Of a stretch of 32,000 nt of DNA, positions 1-7,495 are shown one piece after another (positions within the stretch are counted from its first letter, which is position 1; each line of letters begins with the position of its first letter). The stretch is from Longivirga aurantiaca. Lineage in GTDB: Bacteria > Actinomycetota > Actinomycetes > S36-B12 > CAIYMF01. Under the pieces are notes generated by a model, which saw only the letters and a list, made by a program, of their open reading frames with translations, had not been told where the DNA came from and ran no database searches. Made by a program: the position numbers and the translations under genes. The DNA is taken from NCBI RefSeq assembly GCF_042660085.1, contig NZ_JBHSTI010000008.1, forward strand, positions 150,001 through 182,000, read 5' to 3'.

Positions 1-236
1 CGCCCCGGTCGATCCGCTGGTGGCAAGCACGACGGCGATGTCGTCGTCGACGGTGGCCGCGGGATCCGGGAGCACGGCCGCACGTGCCCGCGCGGCAGCG
101 GGCTCGTCACCGGCGGGAGCGACGGCGAGTGCAGGACCGTCGCCCGCGAGCGCCTCGGGCAGCAGGTCGAGCAGCGCCTCGACCCCGACGGGGCCGGGCA
201 CGACGTCCACGCGTCGGAGGTCGCGCTGCCTGCTCA
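1..236 (-). CDS. menE: o-succinylbenzoate-CoA ligase (MenE), N-terminal 78 codons only; gene runs off the window start
   Basis: Minus-strand translation from GTG (complement of 234-236) reads VSRQRDLRRVDVVPGPVGVEALLDLLPEALAGDGPALAVAPAGDEP...DDDIAVVLATSGSTGA. TSGSTG is the adenylate-forming enzyme P-loop motif. The men-cluster context fits MenE. It is absent from the ORF track because it is truncated. Confidence 0.7.
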
Positions 237-244
237 CGCCTCTC

Positions 245-250
245 AGCCTA
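245..250 (-). promoter_or_regulatory. Candidate -10 hexamer TAGGCT for a leaderless menE transcript
   Basis: Minus strand reads CCC-TAGGCT-GAGAGGC-GTG. A TAnnnT hexamer lies 7 nt upstream of the GTG start, and there is no room for a Shine-Dalgarno sequence. No -35 element was recognised. Confidence 0.35.
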
Positions 251-254
251 GGGT
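249..254 (+). promoter_or_regulatory. Candidate -10 hexamer TAGGGT for the small-ORF/menC/menD transcript
   Basis: Plus strand reads AGCC-TAGGGT-TGTCGG. It is a TAnnnT hexamer overlapping the menE -10 by 2 nt within the quasi-palindrome AGCCTAGGGT, about 45 nt upstream of the GGAGGA SD at 299-304. Confidence 0.3.
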
Positions 255-309
255 TGTCGGTGCAGGCGCTCTCCCGCGACGGGAGGCGCGGACGAGGCGG
301 AGGACGCGG

Positions 310-471
310 ATGGCCACCGAGGCGCAGCCGACCCCGCCCGTCGACGGCGCGCCGACGCCGGAAGAGCCGACAGCCGACGATGCCCGGGAGCGCACGACGC
401 AGGAGCGGCTCCGGTCGATCGGCGCGCGGGCGAAGTCGATCTGGTGCGGAATCCTGAGCGGCCTCGGATGA
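310..471 (+). CDS. Small hypothetical protein (53 aa), translationally coupled to menC
   Basis: ATG at 310 is preceded by GGAGGA (299-304) with a 5-nt spacer. Translation is MATEAQPTPPVDGAPTPEEPTADDARERTTQERLRSIGARAKSIWCGILSGLG. By hand count GC3 is 48/53 and GC2 is 34/53, a coding-like asymmetry. The stop TGA (469-471) overlaps the menC ATG (468-470) as ATGA. It is too short for the supplied ORF track. Confidence 0.45.
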   Translation: MATEAQPTPPVDGAPTPEEPTADDARERTTQERLRSIGARAKSIWCGILSGLG

Positions 472-1478
472 CCCTCACCGTCGACGAGGCGGTGCCGTTC
501 GCGCTGCCCCTGTCGCGACGTTTCCGTGGCACGACCCTGCGCGAGGGCGTCCTCGTGCGCGTGGGGGACCGGTGGGGCGAGTGGGCGCCGTTCCCCGAGT
601 ACGACGACGTCACAGCCGCGCGCTGGCTGCGCGCGGCCCTCGAGCAGGCGCGAGGCGACTGGCCGGACGCCGTCCGCTCGTCGGTGCCGGTCAACGCGAT
701 CGTCCCCGCGCTCGACCCGGCCGAGGTCGGCGCGCTGGTGCTCGACGCCGTCCAGGTCGACGGCTGCACCACGATCAAGGTGAAGGTCGGCGAGCCGGGC
801 CAGGTCTTCGCCGCCGACGTCGCCCGCATCGCCGAGGTGCGCGCGGTCCTCGACGCCTGCGGTGCGGCCGAGGCGCTGATCCGGGTCGACGTCAACGGCG
901 CCTGGACCGTCGAGGAGGCCGCCGAGCGACTTGTCGTGCTGGCCGATGTCGCCCTCGGCCTCGAGTACGCCGAGCAGCCGTGCACCACGCTCGCCGAGCT
1001 CGCGGACCTGCGCACGCGGATCGACGTGCCGGTTGCGGTGGACGAGGGCGTGCGCCTCGCGGGCGAGCTCTCCGACCCCGCGCTCGACGCAGTCCGCGAC
1101 GCGGCGGACGTCGTGATCCTCAAGGCCATCCCGCTCGGCGGCGTACGCCGTGCCCTCGAGCTGGCCGAGCGCATCGGTCGACCCGTGACGGTGAGCGGCT
1201 CGCTCGACTCCAGCGTGGGTCTCGCGGCGGGTCTCGCGCTGGCCGGCGCCCTGCCCGACCTCGGGCACGCGTGCGGCCTCGGCACCGGACGGCTGCTCGC
1301 GGCCGACCTCACCGCGCGCACGCTCCTGCCCGAGGACGGCAGACTGTCGGTCGTGCGCCTCGCCCCCGATCCCGACCGGCTCGCCTCCGCCGCAGCTCTG
1401 CTCGCCGACGACCGTCGCGGGTGGTGGGCCGCCCGGCTCGACCGCTGCCTCGCCGTCCTCGAGGAGGGCACCGCATGA
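468..1478 (+). CDS. menC: o-succinylbenzoate synthase (MenC, enolase superfamily)
   Basis: ORF 444..1478 contains FALPLSRRFRGTTLREGVLV...WGEWAPFPEY, KVKVG, IRVDVNGAW, LEYAEQP and VAVDE, the typical actinobacterial MenC metal and lysine motifs. The ATG at 468 is preferred because of its ATGA overlap with the upstream small ORF. GTG at 444 is the alternative start. Confidence 0.9.
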   Translation: MTLTVDEAVPFALPLSRRFRGTTLREGVLVRVGDRWGEWAPFPEYDDVTAARWLRAALEQARGDWPDAVRSSVPVNAIVPALDPAEVGALVLDAVQVDGCTTIKVKVGEPGQVFAADVARIAEVRAVLDACGAAEALIRVDVNGAWTVEEAAERLVVLADVALGLEYAEQPCTTLAELADLRTRIDVPVAVDEGVRLAGELSDPALDAVRDAADVVILKAIPLGGVRRALELAERIGRPVTVSGSLDSSVGLAAGLALAGALPDLGHACGLGTGRLLAADLTARTLLPEDGRLSVVRLAPDPDRLASAAALLADDRRGWWAARLDRCLAVLEEGTA

Positions 1479-3331
1479 ACCCCAGCACGGCGATGGCGCG
1501 GGTCCTGGTCGACGAGCTCGTCGCCGGGGGGGTGACCGAGGTCGTGCTCGCGCCCGGCAGCCGCAGCGCGGCGCTCGCGATCGCGCTCGCCGAGGCCGAT
1601 GAGCGCGACGACCTGCGTCTGCACGTGCGCGTGGACGAGCGCAGCGCGGGCTTCCTCGCCCTCGGTCTCGCCAAGGTGGCCAAGGAGCCGGTCGCCGTCG
1701 TGACGACCAGCGGCACCGCCGTCGCCAACCTGCTGCCCTCACTGGTGGAGGCGTCGTACGCCGGGGTGCCGGTGATCGTCATCAGCGCAGACCGGCCGGC
1801 CGAGCTCCGCGACACCGGTGCGCACCAGACGATCGACCAGGTGAAGATCTTCGGCACCACCGTGCGCTGGTCGACCGAGGTGGCCGTGGCCGAGGCGCGC
1901 GTGGGCCAGGTGCGCTACTGGCGCTCGGTCGTGGCGCGCGCGATCTCGGTGGCGACCGAGGTCGGCTCGTCGGGGCCCGTGCACCTCAACGTCGCGTTCC
2001 GCGACCCGCTCGTGCCGGACGGCGACGACACCTGGATCGAGCCGCTCGCCCTGGCCGATGCCGACTCCTCGCCGGAGGAGCGGCTGCCCGTCGCGGTCGA
2101 CGCCCGGCTCGGGATGTCCGCGGCGCAGCCGATCGACGAGATCCTCGCGCTGTTCGCCGGGCCGGACGCCGACCCGGACCACGTCGTCCCCGCCCGCGGA
2201 GTCGTGGTGGTCGGCGACCTGTCCGACGTCGAGGCCAGCGACTCCGCCGTCGCCCTGGCCGAGTCGTGCGGCTGGCCGCTCATCGGGGAGCCGAGCGGCA
2301 ACGCGCGGGTGGGCGACTCGACCGTCGCGCACGGCGCGCTGCTGCTGGCCGACCCGCACTTCGCCGACGAGCACGCGCCCGAGCTCGTGGTCTGCGTCGG
2401 GCGCCCGGGGCTCTCGCGCTCGGTCCTCGCGATGATCCGCGACGCCCCGATGGTGATCGTGGCCGACGACCGCGCCGCGGCGTACCGCCCGGACCCCACG
2501 CGCAACGCGACGATGTTCGTCTCCGTCGTACCCGAGCCGCCGACGGCGTTCGAGCTGTACGACGACTCCTGGCTCGACGCCTGGCTCGCCGCCGACGCGC
2601 GCGCGGACGCGGCGATCACCAAGCGGCTCGACGAGGGCTCGACCCTGACCGGCCCGGACGTCGCGCGCACCCTCTGGGACGTGCTCGACTCCTCGGCGCT
2701 GCTGCTGGCGGCGTCCTCCTGGCCGGTGCGGCACCTGGAGTCGTTCGCGCGGGTGCGCGTGGCCGACGAGGCGCCGCTCGTGATCGGCAACCGCGGCGCG
2801 TCCGGCATCGACGGCCTGCTCGCGACGGCCTGGGGCGCGGCGCTCGCGCACCAGACCCCGCGCACGGCGATCCACGTGGACGAGGACGGCGTGGCGGAGG
2901 TGGTGACCGCGACCGGCGGCACGGCGTACGCGCTGGTCGGCGACCTCGCGTTCCTGCACGACCACAACGGCCTGCTCGCGGGTGACGACGAGCCGCGGCC
3001 CGATCTCGTGATCGTCGTCGTCGACAACGACGGCGGGGGGATCTTCGGCCAGCTCGAGCAGGCCGGTACGCCGCACTTCGAGCGGATCTTCGGCACGCCG
3101 CTCGGCCTCGACCTCGAGAAGGTCGCGGCGGCGGTCGCGGTCGACCACGTGTGCACCGTGACCGACGTGACGGCGCTGGTGGCCGCGATCGACGAGGCGA
3201 CGGCCGCGGGCGGCGTACGCGTCGTGGTCGCGAAGGTCGGCGAACGCGGCGACGAGGCCCAGCTGCTGCGCGACCTCCAGACCGACGTCAGCGCCGCCCT
3301 CGTCGACCTCGACGACCTCGACACCCCCTAG
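1475..3331 (+). CDS. menD: 2-succinyl-5-enolpyruvyl-6-hydroxy-3-cyclohexene-1-carboxylate (SEPHCHC) synthase (MenD)
   Basis: Translation from the ATG at 1475 (ATGA overlap with the menC stop) reads MNPSTAMARVLVDELVAGGVTEVVLAPGSRSAALAIAL...VDERSAGFLALGLAK...VTTSGTAVANL. A C-terminal GDLAFLHDxNGL...VVVDNDGGGIF thiamine diphosphate-binding motif is present. It is in frame with the 3' 618 codons of track ORF 572..3331. Confidence 0.95.
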   Translation: MNPSTAMARVLVDELVAGGVTEVVLAPGSRSAALAIALAEADERDDLRLHVRVDERSAGFLALGLAKVAKEPVAVVTTSGTAVANLLPSLVEASYAGVPVIVISADRPAELRDTGAHQTIDQVKIFGTTVRWSTEVAVAEARVGQVRYWRSVVARAISVATEVGSSGPVHLNVAFRDPLVPDGDDTWIEPLALADADSSPEERLPVAVDARLGMSAAQPIDEILALFAGPDADPDHVVPARGVVVVGDLSDVEASDSAVALAESCGWPLIGEPSGNARVGDSTVAHGALLLADPHFADEHAPELVVCVGRPGLSRSVLAMIRDAPMVIVADDRAAAYRPDPTRNATMFVSVVPEPPTAFELYDDSWLDAWLAADARADAAITKRLDEGSTLTGPDVARTLWDVLDSSALLLAASSWPVRHLESFARVRVADEAPLVIGNRGASGIDGLLATAWGAALAHQTPRTAIHVDEDGVAEVVTATGGTAYALVGDLAFLHDHNGLLAGDDEPRPDLVIVVVDNDGGGIFGQLEQAGTPHFERIFGTPLGLDLEKVAAAVAVDHVCTVTDVTALVAAIDEATAAGGVRVVVAKVGERGDEAQLLRDLQTDVSAALVDLDDLDTP

Positions 3332-3385
3332 AACCGCACCCGTGTGCCCTGTGGTGAACTGCCTTGATCGACCCTAGGGGGTGAA

Positions 3386-4693
3386 TCAGGCGGGTTCGAG
3401 GGCGTCGCGCATGGCGACGAGCTTGGCCTGGGACTCGGCCAGCTCGGCGTCGGCGTCGGAGCCGGACACCAGGCCGCAGCCGGCGAACAGCCGCAGGCGG
3501 TCCTCCGCCTCGATCGCGCCGCAGCGCAGCGCGATCCCGAACTCGCCGTCGCCGCGCGCATCGACCCAGCCGACCGGCCCGGCGTAGCGGCCACGGTCCA
3601 TGCCCTCGAGCTCGCGGATCACCGCGAACGCGCGCTCGGTGGGCGTGCCGCACACCGCTGCCGTCGGGTGGAGCGACGCCGCCAGCGCGAGCGCCGGTGC
3701 GCCGTCGGCCAGGACGCCGCTGACGTCGGTCGCGAGGTGCTGCACGTTCGCGAGGCGGAGCAGGCGCGGCGTCGCGGGGACGTCGAGGTCGGTGCAGTGC
3801 GCCGCGAGCGCGAGGGCGACGGAGTTGACGGCGTACTGGTGCTCGGCGTGGTCCTTGGCGGAGTCGAGCAGCGCCTCCGCGAGCGAGGCGTCGTTGGTCG
3901 CGTCGGACGAACGACGCATCGTGCCGGCCAGCACGCGCGAGGTGACGGTGTCGCCGATGCGCCGCACGAGCATCTCCGGCGTGGCGCCGAGCAGGCCGTC
4001 GACCGAGAACGCCCAGCACGAGGGGTACTTGGTCGCCAGCCGCGTCAGCAGGTGCCGCGGGTCGATGGGGCCGTCGGTGGTGACGACGACGTCGCGCGCG
4101 AGCACCACCTTGTCGAGCTCGCCGTCGTCGATCCGGCGGACGGCCTCGGTGACGGCGGACTGCCAGTCGGGCACCGACAGCGTGCCCTCGGAGTAGGCCA
4201 CGCCGCGCGGGGCCTCGGGCACGATGGTCGGGTGGGCCAGGGCCGCCACCGTCTCGGCGACCGCGTGCCGGGCCTCGCGCGCGCTCGCGGCGACGACGGT
4301 CAGCCAGGTGACGCCGTCCCGCCGCCCCACGACCACGCGCGGGACGACGACGACCGACGACCCCGGGGTCGCGTCGAAGGCGAACGACGCGAACGCCACG
4401 GCGCCGGAGCCGGGCAGGTGCACGGCGTCCTGCACGTCGGCGTCCGCGACCCAGGTGGCCCACCAGCGCTGGGCCCGCGAGAACCGCTCGGCACCGCCGA
4501 ACTCGCCCCGCGCCGCCTCGCCCCATCCGACCAGGCCCTGGTCCTCGCCGTGCTCGTCGGTGGTCACCCACGAGGTCGGTGCGAGTCCGCGCGGGAGCAG
4601 CGACAGGAGGGGCCGGTCCGCGAACTCGTCCGGGAGGACGACAGTCCGTACGGTGGCCGGCGGAGCCGGCACGGCGACGGGTGCGGTGGACAC
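3386..4693 (-). CDS. menF: Isochorismate synthase (MenF)
   Basis: ORF 3386..4732(-) contains GATPEMLVRR, VLAGTMRR, LHPTAAVCGTP, EGMDRGRYAGPVGW and GEFGIALRCG, the chorismate-utilising enzyme signature of isochorismate synthases. GTG at 4693 (VSTAPVAVPAPP...) is preferred because a TAGCCT -10 lies 7 nt upstream. The longest-ORF start is 4732. Confidence 0.9.
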   Translation of the reverse strand: MSTAPVAVPAPPATVRTVVLPDEFADRPLLSLLPRGLAPTSWVTTDEHGEDQGLVGWGEAARGEFGGAERFSRAQRWWATWVADADVQDAVHLPGSGAVAFASFAFDATPGSSVVVVPRVVVGRRDGVTWLTVVAASAREARHAVAETVAALAHPTIVPEAPRGVAYSEGTLSVPDWQSAVTEAVRRIDDGELDKVVLARDVVVTTDGPIDPRHLLTRLATKYPSCWAFSVDGLLGATPEMLVRRIGDTVTSRVLAGTMRRSSDATNDASLAEALLDSAKDHAEHQYAVNSVALALAAHCTDLDVPATPRLLRLANVQHLATDVSGVLADGAPALALAASLHPTAAVCGTPTERAFAVIRELEGMDRGRYAGPVGWVDARGDGEFGIALRCGAIEAEDRLRLFAGCGLVSGSDADAELAESQAKLVAMRDALEPA

Positions 4694-4700
4694 GCGATTC

Positions 4701-4706
4701 AGGCTA
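4701..4706 (-). promoter_or_regulatory. Candidate -10 hexamer TAGCCT for a leaderless menF transcript
   Basis: Minus strand reads GGCCC-TAGCCT-GAATCGC-GTG. The geometry is the same as at menE, and 14 of 19 nt match the menE motif. Confidence 0.35.
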
Positions 4707-5001
4707 GGGCCACCTGACCTCCTCGGCAGCACGACGAGGGCGTTACGTGGCGCACGTCATGCCCCTCGCCGCTCCCGTGAGCGTGGGTGCGGGCGTGGGC
4801 AGGGGTACGGCGGACGTCGTCGCCCGGCCGTGCGAGCCCCGCCGCGCCGGTGACGGCGGGAGTCCGCCCCGGGTCCTGCGGCCGGCGGGTGCGACGGGCA
4901 GCCAGGGGCGCGGAGCAGGCTGGTCGTCGCATCCGCGAGCCGCGGGGCCGTGCGCGGAGCGCTGGTGGGGAGCGCGGGCCGGGCGGTGGCCGGGCCGTGG
5001 C

Positions 5002-5934
5002 TCAGGTGGCCGTCGCCGCCGACACCCGCGTCGCGAGCAGCGTCCCCGTGAGCGTGAAGCCACTGCCGTAGTTGGTTGAGGCACAGCTCAAGGCCAAAGG
5101 TGCTGAGGCTGCGGTGATGGAGACGACTGCCGGAGTCAGGGCGATGACGTCGTCGCGAAGGCTGGCCTCAGGGTCCTTCACAGTCGGTGGTTGTGGACTG
5201 TTGAGCGTGTTGGGTGGCGCGACGTCGTAGGTACAGGTGAGGACCGAAACGGTTTGGATGCCAGCGCCGTTGGAGGTGAACACATGCCCGGTCACGACGT
5301 AGGTGCCGGAGGGGAGGGTGACGGTGGCCAGCGTGTGGGTGTCGCTGGCGGTGTAGACGGTGGCCTCGCCGGTGTCGAGCCAGGCCGGCCCGGTGCCGTC
5401 GGCACCGTCGGCCCCGTCGACACCGGCCGGGCCGCGCGGACCGACATCTCCCTGCGGACCGACGTCGCCCTGCGGGCCGGCTGGGCCCTCCGGACCCGTC
5501 CCGCCCAGCGGTCCCGCATCGCCCGCGGCACCGGTCGCGCCGGTCGCGCCGGTCGGACCTGTCGCCCCCGTCGTCCCGGTCGCTCCGGTGGCGCCGTCCG
5601 ATCCGGTCGGCCCGCGGGCACCGGTGGCACCCGCGGCTCCGGAAGCGCCGGTGGCCCCGGCCGGGCCGCGCGCCCCGACCACACGGGTGAGCGTGTACCC
5701 CGACGGGCAGCTGCCCGCGGTGGTCGGCGCGACCATCGGCGCACCGCGCTTCAGGCACACCGACAGGGCCGACGTGCTGGTCGCGGCGTCGGCCACCACG
5801 ACGCCCGCGAGGAGCAGGCCCGCGGCCACACCGGGCACGAGCAGAGCGGCCCGGGTGCGGCGACCGGCTCGGCGTGCGCCCTGCAGCATCGGGGCCGAGG
5901 GGGAGGTTCGGGAGGGAAGGTCTTCTCTGGTCAT
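5002..5934 (-). CDS. Secreted collagen-like triple-helix-repeat protein with a C-terminal beta-rich globular domain
   Basis: The 310-aa ORF has an N-terminal basic stretch ([12 protein letters not shown]), then the hydrophobic segment [20 protein letters not shown] with an A-x-A site. Residues 87-182 are 32 uninterrupted G-X-Y triplets. The last 128 aa are Thr/Val/Ser-rich ([32 protein letters not shown]...). ATG at 5889 is an alternative start. Confidence 0.85.
   Translation of the reverse strand: MTREDLPSRTSPSAPMLQGARRAGRRTRAALLVPGVAAGLLLAGVVVADAATSTSALSVCLKRGAPMVAPTTAGSCPSGYTLTRVVGARGPAGATGASGAAGATGARGPTGSDGATGATGTTGATGPTGATGATGAAGDAGPLGGTGPEGPAGPQGDVGPQGDVGPRGPAGVDGADGADGTGPAWLDTGEATVYTASDTHTLATVTLPSGTYVVTGHVFTSNGAGIQTVSVLTCTYDVAPPNTLNSPQPPTVKDPEASLRDDVIALTPAVVSITAASAPLALSCASTNYGSGFTLTGTLLATRVSAATAT
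5389..5676 (-). repeat. Coding G-X-Y (collagen-like) triplet repeat, 32 units
   Basis: The protein reads [96 protein letters not shown]. It includes an 18-nt tandem duplication encoding GPQGDV twice. Confidence 0.9.
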
Positions 5935-6177
5935 GCCCCTAGGGCACCGCGCGGATGCATCGGGTCGCGCGCCGAGCGCGCGGAACCGGCCGAACTCCCG
6001 ACGGGGGTCCGCCGACCTGCCGGCGTCGCGGTCCGACCGCTGTCACCCAGACGTCCTAACCGCCCTGAATCCACGCCGTGGATGTGCCCTGCCCGGCGGC
6101 CGGACGCGGCCGAGCCGGCACCGATGCAGGGCCGGCTGACTTCCTCGTACCGGGTCGGATCGGCAGGCGTGGCGGGG

Positions 6178-6183
6178 TACAGT
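6178..6183 (+). promoter_or_regulatory. Candidate -10 hexamer TACAGT upstream of the Rex-operator-like site
   Basis: GGGG-TACAGT-ACGCG is a TAnnnT hexamer ending 10 nt before the palindrome at 6194. No convincing -35 was seen. It would imply a nuoA leader of about 310 nt. Confidence 0.3.
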
Positions 6184-6193
6184 ACGCGTGCGC

Positions 6194-6211
6194 TCGTGAA
6201 CACGTTCACAA
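6194..6211. promoter_or_regulatory. Rex operator (ROP)-like inverted repeat upstream of nuoA
   Basis: TCGTGAACACGTTCACAA matches the Streptomyces ROP consensus TTGTGAA-N4-TTCACAA at 13 of 14 specified positions. It lies inside a longer near-palindrome at 6187-6218 (CGTGCGCT-C-GTGAAC-AC-GTTCAC-A-AGCGCACG). Confidence 0.6.
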
Positions 6212-6503
6212 GCGCACGTGCATACCTGACGACCGACGAGGAACCGCGACTCCTGTGGCCATGCAGACCCCGCCTCGGCGCGCAGCCGGCACCGGCGTCG
6301 GCGACGCCGACCGCACGGCTGCGGAGGCCGCCGAGACCGGCGTCGGACGGGTCGCGGGAGCGGTCCCGAGACGGGGTCCGGCAGCATGACCGCCCGGGTC
6401 CGAGGGTCATTCGGACAGCACTAGGATTCATCAGGTTTGAGATCCACCAGCGTGAGCGAGGCAGCCCGGCGCGAGCGGGGCGACCAGGAGAAGGGGCACT
6501 GAC

Positions 6504-6866
6504 GTGGGCGAGGTCTACCTCCCGATCCTGGTCCTCGGCATCCTCGGACTGGCCTTCGGTCTCTTCGCGGTGTTCGCCCCGGTGGTCATCGGCCCCCGCC
6601 GCTACAACCGCGCGAAGCTCGACTCCTACGAGTGCGGCATCGACCCCACCCCGCAGCCCATCGGCGGCGGCCGGTTCCCGATCAGGTACTACCTGACGGC
6701 GATGCTCTTCATCGTCTTCGACATCGAGATCGTGTTCCTCTACCCGTTCGCGGTCGCGTTCGACCAGCTCGCGCTCTTCGGGCTCATCGAGATGGGCCTG
6801 TTCATCATCACCGTCCTCGTGGTCTACGGGTACGTCTGGCGCCGGGGCGGGCTCGAATGGGACTGA
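6504..6866 (+). CDS. nuoA: NADH-quinone oxidoreductase subunit A
   Basis: The 120-aa product has three hydrophobic segments and contains [28 protein letters not shown] and LEWD. The GTG start is preceded by AGGAGAAGGGG. Confidence 0.95.
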   Translation: MGEVYLPILVLGILGLAFGLFAVFAPVVIGPRRYNRAKLDSYECGIDPTPQPIGGGRFPIRYYLTAMLFIVFDIEIVFLYPFAVAFDQLALFGLIEMGLFIITVLVVYGYVWRRGGLEWD

Positions 6867-6940
6867 CGCCCCGCCAGGTCCGCAGCAGCACCACGCACCC
6901 CGCACGCACCGCACCCCCCACCGGACAGGAGCGCTAGGAC

Positions 6941-7495
6941 ATGGGACTCGAGGAGAGCCTCCCGAGCGGCATCCTGCTCACCACGGTCGAGAAGCTGGCC
7001 GGCTACGGCCGGGCCGGGTCGATGTGGCCCGCCACCTTCGGCCTCGCCTGCTGCTCGATCGAGATGATGTCGACGGGCGGTCCGCGCTACGACCTCGCCC
7101 GCTTCGGCATGGAGGTGTTCCGCGGCTCGCCGCGCCACGCCGACCTCATGATCGTGGCCGGCCGCGTGAGCCAGAAGATGGCACCGATCGTCCGCCAGAT
7201 CTACGACCAGATGCCCAACCCCAAGTTCGTGCTCGCGATGGGTGTCTGCGCCTCGAGCGGCGGCATGTTCAACAACTACGCGATCGTCCAGGGCGTCGAC
7301 CACATCGTGCCCGTCGACGTCTACCTGCCCGGCTGCCCGCCCCGCCCCGAGATGCTGCTCGACGCGATCATGCAGATCCACGAGAAGTCGCGGCAGACCA
7401 AGCTCGGCATCAACCGCCAGAACCAGATCACCGAGCTCGAGGAAGCCGCGCTCGTCGCGACCCCGACCTCCGAGATGAAGGGGCTGCTGCGGTGA
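6941..7495 (+). CDS. nuoB: NADH-quinone oxidoreductase subunit B (N2 cluster subunit)
   Basis: Contains [27 protein letters not shown] and PGCPPRPE, the four Cys ligands. AGGAG lies upstream of the ATG. Confidence 0.97.
   Translation: MGLEESLPSGILLTTVEKLAGYGRAGSMWPATFGLACCSIEMMSTGGPRYDLARFGMEVFRGSPRHADLMIVAGRVSQKMAPIVRQIYDQMPNPKFVLAMGVCASSGGMFNNYAIVQGVDHIVPVDVYLPGCPPRPEMLLDAIMQIHEKSRQTKLGINRQNQITELEEAALVATPTSEMKGLLR

Noticed and set aside
572-1474. 5' 301 codons of track ORF 572..3331 (would make a 919-aa MenD)
   Set aside because: This part lies out of frame over menC and is Arg/Gly/Pro-rich. MenD homology begins exactly at the ATG at 1475, which overlaps the menC stop.
243-1742. Long minus-strand ORFs (243..1742, 248..1624, 1309..1860) antisense to menC and menD
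   Set aside because: The translations are Arg/Ala/Pro/Ser-rich low-complexity sequence with no motifs. They fully overlap well-supported menC and menD on the other strand, so they are typical high-GC shadow ORFs.
3332-3385. Expected a bidirectional terminator in the 54-bp convergent menD/menF gap
   Set aside because: Only a short CCCTAGGG palindrome is present and no extended stem could be built by eye. I did not call a terminator. A TAGGGT on the minus strand pointing antisense into menD was judged too speculative.
4743-5084. Four overlapping ORFs (both strands) in the menF / collagen-gene intergenic region
   Set aside because: All are Arg/Pro/Gly-rich and mutually overlapping, with no SD or motif. 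I treat the region as non-coding (menF promoter and 3' UTR of the collagen-like gene). I could not identify a convincing terminator hairpin there either.
5931-6914. ORFs 5931..6914(-), 6043..6387(-), 6078..6389(+) and a 42-codon ATG-6261 ORF in the nuoA upstream region
   Set aside because: They overlap each other, and one overlaps nuoA. The ATG-6261 frame has about 79% GC3 by hand count, not clearly above background, and has no SD. The evidence is insufficient to call a gene.
6867-6940. C/CA-rich, G-poor nuoA-nuoB spacer (CAGCAGCACCACGCACCCCGCACGCACCGCACCCCCCACC)
   Set aside because: It is compositionally odd relative to the other junctions, but it has no repeat unit, dyad or ORF. It is probably just an unstructured linker before the AGGAG SD of nuoB.
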